Shown: positions 1-7,963, counted from the stretch's first letter. The stretch is 22,992 nt of DNA from an uncultured bacterium (GCA_964534375.1 CAZHPN010000044.1:13150-36141); one strand, 5' to 3'. Notes: generated from the letters alone by a model not told the origin. Made by a program: numbers and translations.

Positions 1-1
1 C

Positions 2-1204
2 GATCCGCGCGACCCGGCGGGCCGGCCGCGCGCCCGCCTGGCCGGGTTCGGCTACTTCAAGCCCTACGACTGGATCGTCGTCGTCGGCTGCTACGAAGAC
101 GAACTGACCGCGCCGTACGCCGGCGCCCGCCAGTTGTTTTACCTGATGCTGTTGCTGACGCCGGCGGTGTTCGGCGGGCTGGTGTTTTTCGCATCGCGCC
201 GCATGATGAAGCCGATTTTGCAGTTGACCGACGCCGCTTCGCGCATCGCCCACGGCGAATTCCAAGCGGTGAAACCGCCCGGTTCGCGCGATGAAATCGG
301 CAGGCTGACGGGCGAATTCAACCTGATGGTCCACCGGCTGCAGGAGACGCAGATTCGGCAACTTCAGGAATGGAACAGGGAACTGGAGCGCAAAGTCGCG
401 GAGCGCACCGGCGACCTGCAAAACGCGCTGACGCAAATGGTGACGGTCGAAAAGCTCTCGTCGCTGGGGAAAATCGCGGCGATGGTCGCGCACGAGTTGA
501 ACAACCCGATGTTCGGCATCCTCAGCTACTCGATGGTTTGCGAACGCGTAGTGGCGAGCGGCCGTTTCGACGAGGCGAACGTCGGCGAACTGCGCGAATG
601 CCTGCGCACGATTACGGTCGAGGCCGAGCGGTGCGGCCAGATCGTCAAAAACCTCCTGATGTTCGCCAAGAACTCGTGGGGCGAATTCGCCGAAGCGTCG
701 CTGCGGCAGATTCTCGACCACACGGCGGCGGTGATCGATCATAGTCTGGCCGTGCGCGAAATTGCGCTGGAGAAGCGTTTCGGTCCCGGGTCCGACGCGA
801 TCTGGTGCGACGCGAGCGGTTTGGTGCAACTGTTCATCGCGCTGATCGTCAACGCGATCGAAGCCATGGAAAACGGCGGGCGGATCGTCGTCGAAGTCGA
901 CTGCGCCGGGGACGACGAGGCGATCATCAAGATTCAGGACGACGGCCGCGGCATCCCGGCGGACGTGCTGCCGCACATCTTCGAACCGTTTTTCAGCGCG
1001 AAAGGCGCGACCAGCAACGTCGGTCTCGGCTTGTCGGTCGCGTACGGCATCGTGCAGTCGCACAACGGCCGCATCGGCGTCGAATCGCGGCTCGGCCAGG
1101 GCACGACGTTCACCATTGCGCTGCCGCGCCGGCGCAGCCCGACGCGCCGCATTGAAGAAACCTTGATGCAGAAAATCACCGACGCAGCCGAGAGCAAAGG
1201 GTAA
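2..1204 (+). CDS. Membrane sensor histidine kinase (Cache-TM-HAMP-HisKA-HATPase_c), 5' end outside the window
   Basis: The frame is open from position 2 (DPRDPAGRPRARLAGFGYFKPYDWIVVVGCYEDEL..., typical of a Cache-domain C-terminus), so the track start at 134 is not the real start. It continues with a TM helix, HAMP (PILQLTDAASRIAHGEF...RDEIGRL...FNLM), H-box AHELNNP, N-box LIVNAIEAM, G1 DDGRGI, F-box IFEPFF and G2 VGLGL. Confidence 0.93.
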   Translation, partial: DPRDPAGRPRARLAGFGYFKPYDWIVVVGCYEDELTAPYAGARQLFYLMLLLTPAVFGGLVFFASRRMMKPILQLTDAASRIAHGEFQAVKPPGSRDEIGRLTGEFNLMVHRLQETQIRQLQEWNRELERKVAERTGDLQNALTQMVTVEKLSSLGKIAAMVAHELNNPMFGILSYSMVCERVVASGRFDEANVGELRECLRTITVEAERCGQIVKNLLMFAKNSWGEFAEASLRQILDHTAAVIDHSLAVREIALEKRFGPGSDAIWCDASGLVQLFIALIVNAIEAMENGGRIVVEVDCAGDDEAIIKIQDDGRGIPADVLPHIFEPFFSAKGATSNVGLGLSVAYGIVQSHNGRIGVESRLGQGTTFTIALPRRRSPTRRIEETLMQKITDAAESKG

Positions 1205-1207
1205 GGC

Positions 1208-2548
1208 ATGGACCTGCGAGATCTGGGCGTTTTGATCGTCGACGACGAACACGCCGTGCGCGATTCGTTGCGGCGCTGGTTCACCTCGTACGGCTGCCGC
1301 ATCGACGTGGCCGCCGACGGAACCGAGGCGCTGGCCAAACTCGCGCGCGGAAAATGGGACATCGTCCTGCTCGACATTCGCATGCCGGGGATGGACGGCC
1401 TCGAACTGCAGCGCCGCATCCGCGAAATCGACGAAAGCGTCATCCGCATCATGATCACGGCGTTCGCCTCGGCCGAGACCGCCGTCGAGGCGCTCAAGGA
1501 AGGCGCGTTCGACTATATTTCGAAGCCGGTCAACCTCGCCCAGCTCGATCTCGTCGTTCGCAATGCCGCTGAGAAACGGCGGTTGCTGGCCGAGACCGCC
1601 GCCCTGCGGCAGACGGTCGAAGAACTCGCGACGCCGGAGGAAATCATCGGCGAAACGCCCGAATTTCGGCGGGTGCTGGAACTGGTCGGCGAGGTGGCGC
1701 GCAGCGAAGCGACGGTGATGATCCGCGGCGAGAGCGGCACGGGCAAGGAATTGGTCGCGCGCGCGATTCACGCCAACAGCCCGCGCAAATACCATCCGAT
1801 CGTCTGCATCAACTGCGGCGCCTACACCGACGGGCTGCTCGAAAGCGAAATCTTCGGCCATGAGAAAGGCGCGTTCACCGGCGCGCAAGCCCTGCGGCGC
1901 GGCAAACTCGAACTCGCCAACAAAGGCACGCTGTTTTTCGACGAGATCGGCAACATCGGCGTCAAGATGCAGGTCGACCTCCTGCGCGCGCTGGAAACGA
2001 AACAATTCACCCGCCTCGGCGGCGAACGCATCGTGACGACGGATTTCCGCGTCATCTCGGCGACCAACATGGACCTGGAACGGGCCGTGCGGGACGGCCG
2101 CTTTCGCGAAGACCTCTATTATCGCCTCAACGTCTTCCACATCGAGATTCCGCCGTTGCGCGCGCGCCAGGCGGACATCCCCAGACTGGCCGAATATTTC
2201 CTCGCCAAGTTCCGCCGCTCGATGGGCAAGGCCAGCGTCGGCTTTGCGCCCGAGGCCGTCAAACTGCTGACGGAATATCGCTGGCCCGGCAATGTGCGCG
2301 AACTGCGCAATGTCGTCGAGCGGGCCATGGTCGTCGCCAAGGGCACGGTCGTGGCTGCGGCCGATCTCTCGCTGCCGTTCTCCGAAGCGTGCGGCCCGGA
2401 GATCGACTCGCTCGAAGAAAACGAGAAGTTGCACATCGCGCGCGTCCTGCACAAAACCAAAGGCTCCGTCACCCGGGCCGCCGAACGGCTCGGCGTCGAA
2501 CGCGCGACGCTCTACGCCAAGATCAAGAAATACGGTCTGCGCGATTGA
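1208..2548 (+). CDS. Sigma54-dependent response regulator, NtrC/AtoC/ZraR family (REC-AAA+-Fis HTH)
   Basis: Receiver domain (VLIVDDE, phospho-Asp in LLDIRMP), Walker A GESGTGKE, intact GAFTGA loop, Walker B FFDEI, RFREDLYYRL, WPGNVREL, and C-terminal HTH AAERLGVERATLYAKIKKY. It starts 3 bp after the kinase stop. Confidence 0.96.
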   Translation: MDLRDLGVLIVDDEHAVRDSLRRWFTSYGCRIDVAADGTEALAKLARGKWDIVLLDIRMPGMDGLELQRRIREIDESVIRIMITAFASAETAVEALKEGAFDYISKPVNLAQLDLVVRNAAEKRRLLAETAALRQTVEELATPEEIIGETPEFRRVLELVGEVARSEATVMIRGESGTGKELVARAIHANSPRKYHPIVCINCGAYTDGLLESEIFGHEKGAFTGAQALRRGKLELANKGTLFFDEIGNIGVKMQVDLLRALETKQFTRLGGERIVTTDFRVISATNMDLERAVRDGRFREDLYYRLNVFHIEIPPLRARQADIPRLAEYFLAKFRRSMGKASVGFAPEAVKLLTEYRWPGNVRELRNVVERAMVVAKGTVVAAADLSLPFSEACGPEIDSLEENEKLHIARVLHKTKGSVTRAAERLGVERATLYAKIKKYGLRD

Positions 2549-2602
2549 GGCGCGCGGCGGCCGCTTCGCAACCGGCGCGAGGCAACTGCTCTAAGCCTGA
2601 TC

Positions 2603-2840
2603 GCTAGGGAAGCGAAGCTGCCGTACTCGCCGCACGCGCCGATGCAGAACCAGCACGGACGGCTGGCGGACCGGGCGGCAGACCAGGCGCGCACTGACGG
2701 GCCGAGCCGGAAAACGCGCTGCGGCCGCTCGACGAGAATCTGCCGGGGACCAAACGGCTGACGCTCGACACGGATCAAGCGCACGCCAGAGCCATCGCGC
2801 CGCGAGGCGCTGTTTACTGACGATGTACAGGATCACGCCA
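2603..2840 (+). pseudogene. Degenerate internal fragment of an IS5-like DDE transposase
   Basis: Reading across frameshifts gives REAKLPYSPHAPMQNQHGRLAD...QA / RAEPENALRPLDENLPGTKRLTLDTDQAH / RITP. This follows the IS5-like pattern I recall: EAKLxxxGHALMENRHGLxxD...QA.G.AERxAAL...RRITLGADKGYD...VTPH. There is a frameshift near 2698 and a stop at 2818-2820. Confidence 0.7.
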
Positions 2841-2864
2841 GCGGCGTCGTCGCGGTCATCGTTG

Positions 2865-4631
2865 TCATGACGGTAGGCACTGCTGCATGCAAGTCGAGCC
2901 GTTCTTCGCGCAAACCTTTGCTTGCGCCTCGCCGGTTTGGCCGGCGCCGCAGTGGCTCAGCGTTGGCGTCAGGCAAGCGATCTCCGTGTTCAAGCAACTT
3001 TCCTCGCAGTGGCCAAGATTGATTTGCGGCGGACAATCGTATTGGACGCCACAGTCTACGGCAGCCTCGGCAAGCTGAAGCCAGCATGTCGCGAAGCAGA
3101 GGTCGAATTGACAAGAGCTCGAGCCGATGCACGTCGGGAGGCATGTATTTTGCAACGTGTTGACCGCCGTTTGGTAACACGCACGGGCCCCCGCACTGCA
3201 GCCGCCGTCGTCGTCGTCGTCGTTGTCATTGTCGTCGTCGTCATCGTCGGCCGTGTCGTCGTCGGGAACGTACGTGCAGGACTGATCGACGCAATTTTCC
3301 GCCGCGGCGGCGCAATTGGCGCAGATCGTGGCGTTCGTGCCGCATTGGGCGTCGGTCGTCCCCGGTTGGCATTCGTCGACGCTGTTCTTGTCGCAGCAGC
3401 CGTCCGGACATTTTTTTACGTTGCAGCACAGCCCCGACGTGAGCACTTCTCCGCGGTCATAAAGCGTCTTGTTGAGCGGCGTAGGAATGATGATCGGTCC
3501 CAGCGCGGTGTTGGCGGCGATCGTCTCGCTCAATCCCGCCGTCAACGCGTAATTGCAGGGCGGAACTTTCACAAATTTCAAGTCCAGATAAGGTCCTTCG
3601 GACCACGATATCCCGTACGTGCCGTAGAGGCGCAGATCGATCCCCAAACCGACCGATACGTTCAGTTCGGCGTTGATATACGCGTCGTAATCGGGCCCCA
3701 CGTAGCTCCATTGGGAGTCGGAGACGTTGGCGGATGTGGACCAGCCCCCGGCGGGCGTGTAACCGACGCTGGCGTCGAGCGTCGCGGCTCCAATGACGCC
3801 TCCGGAAACGGTGATCGCATCCGCCGCGTACACCGAACCGCCGAAATTGATCGCACCCGTCAACAAGACGACGACGGGAATGCCCTCGATCACAACGACC
3901 CACGCCCTCGTGTAAAACGTGATCAATGGAACGCTGATGCCGAGATTAACCGGTCCGGCGATCGCCGCGTTCAACACGGCGGTGACATTAAAATTGCCCG
4001 TCATCGCCACGCCGAAATCCTCCAACACTGGGAGAACGTGGCCCGGCGGGCGCTCGATGTCCAGGGTAAACGTCAACAACGGGTCAAAGCTGACATTTCC
4101 GTTCGAGACCGAGACGTCGACCAGCCCGGCATCGAGGAGAGGCCAGCCGCTGAAGTCCTCTGAGATGTTCGCCGAATGCTGGGCGCTGCCGCCAAGCTCC
4201 GGTTCGACGAGACGATTGTCGACGAGGTCGCTGTTCGTGTTCGGCCCGGGCAAAGTGAACGACGTGTTGAGCTTTTCGAAAACGTCGGTCAACGCCGCGT
4301 CGGTCGTCGCGATGACAATCTGGTCGCCCTGCTGCTGCACGCTGACCACTTTCTTCAAGAAACCGTAAACGTTCGCCGACTCGACGATGTAGCCGCTGAC
4401 CAGCACGTTGCCGGCGTGCAGTTTCAGCAGATTGTCGTTGCCGCTCGCCGGAAAGGTCAGGGTGTCGGCGCCGACCGTGGCCTGCGCGGCTTGCGCATCG
4501 GAAAGCACGATTGTTTCCGGGGAAACGATGACGTCCGGCCCGCTGCTGCCGTTGTTCTTGGAGCCGGCGCAGGCCAACGCGATGGCCACGATCAAGACCG
4601 CGACAGTCGCCAGAGAATAGAAACGCTTCAT
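2865..4631 (-). CDS. Secreted modular lipoprotein, 588 aa: beta-rich body, Cys-rich module, poly-Asp linker, 16-Cys C-terminal module; function unknown
   Basis: GAGGTG RBS; signal peptide MKRFYSLATVAVLIVAIALA-C with lipobox. Cys module CCNVKKCPDGCC...CGTNATICANC...C, linker DDDTADDDDDDNDNDDDDD, and a C-terminal domain with repeated CxxxC. Confidence 0.85.
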   Translation of the reverse strand: MKRFYSLATVAVLIVAIALACAGSKNNGSSGPDVIVSPETIVLSDAQAAQATVGADTLTFPASGNDNLLKLHAGNVLVSGYIVESANVYGFLKKVVSVQQQGDQIVIATTDAALTDVFEKLNTSFTLPGPNTNSDLVDNRLVEPELGGSAQHSANISEDFSGWPLLDAGLVDVSVSNGNVSFDPLLTFTLDIERPPGHVLPVLEDFGVAMTGNFNVTAVLNAAIAGPVNLGISVPLITFYTRAWVVVIEGIPVVVLLTGAINFGGSVYAADAITVSGGVIGAATLDASVGYTPAGGWSTSANVSDSQWSYVGPDYDAYINAELNVSVGLGIDLRLYGTYGISWSEGPYLDLKFVKVPPCNYALTAGLSETIAANTALGPIIIPTPLNKTLYDRGEVLTSGLCCNVKKCPDGCCDKNSVDECQPGTTDAQCGTNATICANCAAAAENCVDQSCTYVPDDDTADDDDDDNDNDDDDDGGCSAGARACYQTAVNTLQNTCLPTCIGSSSCQFDLCFATCWLQLAEAAVDCGVQYDCPPQINLGHCEESCLNTEIACLTPTLSHCGAGQTGEAQAKVCAKNGSTCMQQCLPS

Positions 4632-4694
4632 GATTCACCTCGCATCGACCAAAATGTGTCGCGGGCCAGGCCGATTTGGACTGACGCCGGTTCG

Positions 4695-4714
4695 GGCGGG
4701 GCCGAAGCCCCGCC
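4695..4714 (-). other. 8-bp GC hairpin with C(UUCG)G tetraloop on the transcribed strand
   Basis: Minus-strand RNA GGCGGGGC-UUCG-GCCCCGCC; no U-tract follows. Confidence 0.75.
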
Positions 4715-4773
4715 TCCAGGGCCGGAACAGCCGCGCCGACTCCGGCCGCGGCAAGTCCTTGGCGGAATTTCTC

Positions 4774-4811
4774 GGCGAACCGGCGCTTCCCGAAGGAAAC
4801 GCCGGTTCGCC
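4774..4811 (-). other. 17-bp hairpin with C(UUCG)G tetraloop, 30 nt after the upstream lipoprotein stop (stabiliser or atypical terminator)
   Basis: Minus-strand RNA GGCGAACCGGCG-U-UUCC-UUCG-GGAA-G-CGCCGGUUCGCC. The single non-Watson-Crick pair is U.G on the minus strand but C/A on the plus strand, which indicates the strand. Confidence 0.8.
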
Positions 4812-4841
4812 AAATGTGTCATCCTTGCGCCGTGCCTGCGG

Positions 4842-6293
4842 CTAAGAGCCGTAGTGCAGGACCACGCCGGTGTAGGTCGTGTCGTCATAACCCACGGCGT
4901 ATACGTCCGAAGGCGAGCTTCCCCAAACGCCATTCAACCGCGTGCTCGACAGCCCGCTCGGCAACGTCGCCGCCGAGACCGCGGAACCGTCGTAATTCAG
5001 GACCACGGCGGCGCCGGTGTTGTCCTGCCCCACGAAGTACACGTTGGTGGGTGAGCTTCCCCAACAGCCGTACAAGGAGCCCGTGCCGGGCGCTTGGATC
5101 AACGTGAACGTGGAGACGCCGTCATAGTTCCAAATTATCGGGACGGGCCTATTTCCGGATTCATCGTACGCCCCCGCGATGAAAATGTTCGAGCCGGAGC
5201 TTCCCCAAATGGCGTACCACTGCTCCGCGTCGTTGCTCTGCTGGTTTGGATACCAGTCGCCGCCGTTCGACTTCATCAAATAAGCCGACTGGAAATTGGG
5301 GCTCCAGCCCACCGCGTACACGTCCGCGGAATCGGCGGCCCACACGCCGAACAATTCCGGGTTGAGCCCGGCGCCGTTCGTCATCGCCGACCACGAGCCG
5401 TCCGCGTAGTTCCACATCACACTCGTGCCGTTGGCGAAGTCGTATCCCACGGCGTACACGCCCGCGAATACGCCGGAAACGGAGTACAACTGGCTCGTGC
5501 CGGCCCAGTAGTTGTAACCGCCATTGTTGGGCGTCACGATAATGGTGTCGGTGACCGTAGACGTGCCTGAGGTGAATTGCTCGCCGACGGCCCACACATC
5601 CGAGGCGTCGGCTCCCCAAATGCCGAAAAGCTGAACCGGGACGCTATAAGTCCAATAATTCCCGGTCCACGCGCCGTTGTTGAAGAACCAGACGGCTTTG
5701 CCGGCAACCGGATGCCCGTTTGAGTCCACAGTTCCGCCAACGACGAAGGCGCTCGTGGCGTCGGCTCCCCAAACGCCGAACATCTCGGTATTCGGGAGCG
5801 TGCTCCCGATCGACCATGTGCCATTATCGTCATCGTTGTCATCGTTGTCGTCGTCGTCGGCGGCGGTGTCGTCGTCGTCATCGCAGGGCGACGCCGCGGC
5901 CACACAGGCTGCCATCGTCGAGCATTCGCCGGCGTCGTCGATAATGCAGTTGGCGATCGCGCCGCTCAGTTCGAAACACGGTTGGTCGCTCTCGCAAGCC
6001 AGTACGATTGTGGCTTCCGAAATCGGTTTGCCGCCGGCGTCGTCGATCACGAGGCCGCACGTGACGTAGTATTCGTTATAGACGCTCGGACAGGTCGCGC
6101 CCGCGCTGTCGTCGTCACCCGGCGAGGCATCGTCGTTGTCGTCGTCATCCGTCGACGAGTCGTCGTCGGTTGCCGGCAAAGAGCCGTGGCCGCCCGGACT
6201 GCTGCAGGCGGTTGCGACGACGAGCAGGCCGAGCAAGACCGCCAGTGTCGCTGCCGAAGATGGCCACGTATCCACTTCTCTCTCCTTCTCCAT
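4842..6293 (-). CDS. Secreted modular lipoprotein: poly-Asp linker, 8-Cys module, poly-Asp linker, 7-repeat beta-propeller
   Basis: Hydrophobic signal with lipobox VATA-C. Seven repeats of the LxGVWGxxxxDVYAVG type (MFGVWGAD, LFGIWGAD, LYSVSG, LFGVWAAD, WYAIWGSS, LYGCWGSS, LNGVWGSS). The start may instead be GTG at 6275, which has AAGGAG 6 nt upstream. Confidence 0.87.
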   Translation of the reverse strand: MEKEREVDTWPSSAATLAVLLGLLVVATACSSPGGHGSLPATDDDSSTDDDDNDDASPGDDDSAGATCPSVYNEYYVTCGLVIDDAGGKPISEATIVLACESDQPCFELSGAIANCIIDDAGECSTMAACVAAASPCDDDDDTAADDDDNDDNDDDNGTWSIGSTLPNTEMFGVWGADATSAFVVGGTVDSNGHPVAGKAVWFFNNGAWTGNYWTYSVPVQLFGIWGADASDVWAVGEQFTSGTSTVTDTIIVTPNNGGYNYWAGTSQLYSVSGVFAGVYAVGYDFANGTSVMWNYADGSWSAMTNGAGLNPELFGVWAADSADVYAVGWSPNFQSAYLMKSNGGDWYPNQQSNDAEQWYAIWGSSGSNIFIAGAYDESGNRPVPIIWNYDGVSTFTLIQAPGTGSLYGCWGSSPTNVYFVGQDNTGAAVVLNYDGSAVSAATLPSGLSSTRLNGVWGSSPSDVYAVGYDDTTYTGVVLHYGS

Positions 6294-6401
6294 CTACTTT
6301 CGAACAACCAACCGGCCGCGAACGGCCGGCGACCACGCGCGCTTCCGCCACAAATGGCGTCGTGGACGTCATGACGCTTCGCGAGCGTGCGAGAAAGCGG
6401 C

Positions 6402-6417
6402 TGCAAAAAACGCGCCC
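6402..6417 (-). promoter_or_regulatory. Candidate sigma54 (-24/-12) promoter for the lipoprotein genes
   Basis: Minus strand GGGCGCG-TTTT-TTGCA versus consensus TGGCACG-N4-TTGCW, with correct GG-N10-GC spacing, about 110 bp upstream of the CDS. Confidence 0.5.
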
Positions 6418-6457
6418 AAAACGCTGCGTGATCGGAATTTTATTGATTTCCGTTGTT

Positions 6458-6470
6458 AATCAAACAGATG
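6458..6470 (+). promoter_or_regulatory. IHF-like site
   Basis: AATCAAACAGATG is one mismatch from WATCAANNNNTTR, in an AT-rich patch. A second, weaker match lies on the minus strand at 6436-6448. Confidence 0.35.
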
Positions 6471-6525
6471 CTGCATTCGCGGGCACCGGACGCTTCCGCC
6501 GAGAAAAGAAAGAGTCGTTCAAATT

Positions 6526-6542
6526 TAATACGTTTCGTATTA
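6526..6542. promoter_or_regulatory. Palindromic operator/enhancer candidate TAATACG-N3-CGTATTA
   Basis: Perfect 7-bp inverted repeat in an AT-rich context. Confidence 0.45.
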
Positions 6543-6811
6543 TTTTTGTACACGCGGCATCGGACCGGCGCGGCGAGCAGCGGGGCCATTGCGGCGGCAC
6601 CAGAATCCGCCCGCTTATTTCTCGCTGAGGTCGTCCGAATCGAATTCGTCGTCCGCAGCCCCGGCCCCCACCGACGTGGCTAGCGCCGTGTCCCGCGGCC
6701 GATCTTTGGCTTCCGTTTTCCGACCCGGGGGGGCAGCGGCGCGGTTGCTCGGCGAACTGGCGCATCAAGCGGTGGTCGCCGGCGACTCGGCATGTGGCGG
6801 CCCAGGAAGCG

Positions 6812-7091
6812 GTTTGCGGGAGTGGCGGGAGTGGCGGGAGTGTTTCCGCCCCTTCCGCACGGCTTTAGACAATTATTAACTTCATTTTTTTCTTAATCCC
6901 AGGAAAGGGAAACACTCCCGCCACTCCCGCCAAATCTGAAATTTCCAAGTAATTTCATATAGTTGGGCGGCGGGAGTGCTTTTTGCCGACTCCCGCCACT
7001 CCCGCCACTCCCGCAAACGCTTTATTTTCAACTAGTTACACGCAGAGCCGGCCTCTTTTCGACGCCCGCGCGCACGGCCACTCCCGCAAAC
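6812..7091. repeat. Cluster of 9-bp GCGGGAGTG/CACTCCCGC repeats in both orientations, forming nested inverted repeats
   Basis: Forward copies at 6816, 6825, 6834 and 6970. Reverse copies at 6913, 6922, 6997, 7006 and 7079, plus a 1-mismatch copy at 6988. Perfect 30-bp IR 6812-6841/6989-7018 and perfect 25-bp IR 6823-6847/6908-6932, with AT-rich spacers. Confidence 0.92.
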
Positions 7092-7963
7092 AGCCTGTAT
7101 TCAAACACTTAGCGCACTGGGCGTGAGATGTCGGGCAGCGCTACGCGGCCGCGCGCAAAAAACGCTTCATTTTCTTTTAGTTAGCCGAAATGCGCGGCGT
7201 TGGCGGCGGCTTCGCGCCTCCGTCGCCAGGCAGGACTCCGCGTCAGTCCGTGCTGAACGGGCTCCCGCTTCCACAGTTGTCGGTTCCACGATCGTCACAT
7301 CAAACGAGCCGAGGCGTTTGCCGCCGGGGGGCGCAGCCGCGGACCTTCCAATACTGGATCAGGGTCAGCGCGGCGGCGGTCAGTCCCGGCCTGTACTCGA
7401 TCGTCCACTCGCGGACCGGGTCTCGTTTCGCACGATCCGGCTGCCGGGGTCGCGATCAAGTACTTCGGCGTCGGGCCGCGAAGCGCGCGCCGCTTCCACG
7501 TTTTCGTCGAAGAGGGGCGCGCCGCGATCCGACTCGTTCAGAAGGCCCACGACCGCTCCGAAACTCGGGGACGCGCATGGGTCGCTCCTGTTCTTGGCAA
7601 CTCTTCCATTCACGAGATCATTTTGCCACACAACTGAACAAGTGTCAAACTAATTTTGCGCAGTCGTGCATTTTTTGGCAAGAATTAACGTTTCGCCGGC
7701 GTTTGGTCGCGACGCGGGGCCGTTTTGCGCGACACGTCGACATTACAAACACTTCGTCCGGCGGCGGCCACGCCCGTCGGATCGGAAGCAAATAACAAAA
7801 GAACTACCCGGGGGTGCAGCCGCGCGGTCGTTCGGCGAACCGAGCATCCCCGCTCGGCGTCGCGTCGGCAACGCGCTAAATTGCGTTGATTTTGGACGGT
7901 TTCTTCACTTTCGCGCCCGCGGCGCGCTGCCGATCGATCGGCGGCGGAACATCGTTCGTTTGA

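Noticed and set aside
2922..4163. 413-aa plus-strand ORF with a poly-Val stretch
   Set aside because: Antisense of the lipoprotein; the poly-Val is the complement of the GAC (Asp) tract.
6443..6463. FNR box (TTGAT...ATCAA)
   Set aside because: The half-sites are 11 bp apart instead of 4.
6812..7091. CRISPR array
   Set aside because: The units are 9 bp, tandem and in both orientations, with no regular unique spacers and no cas genes in the window.
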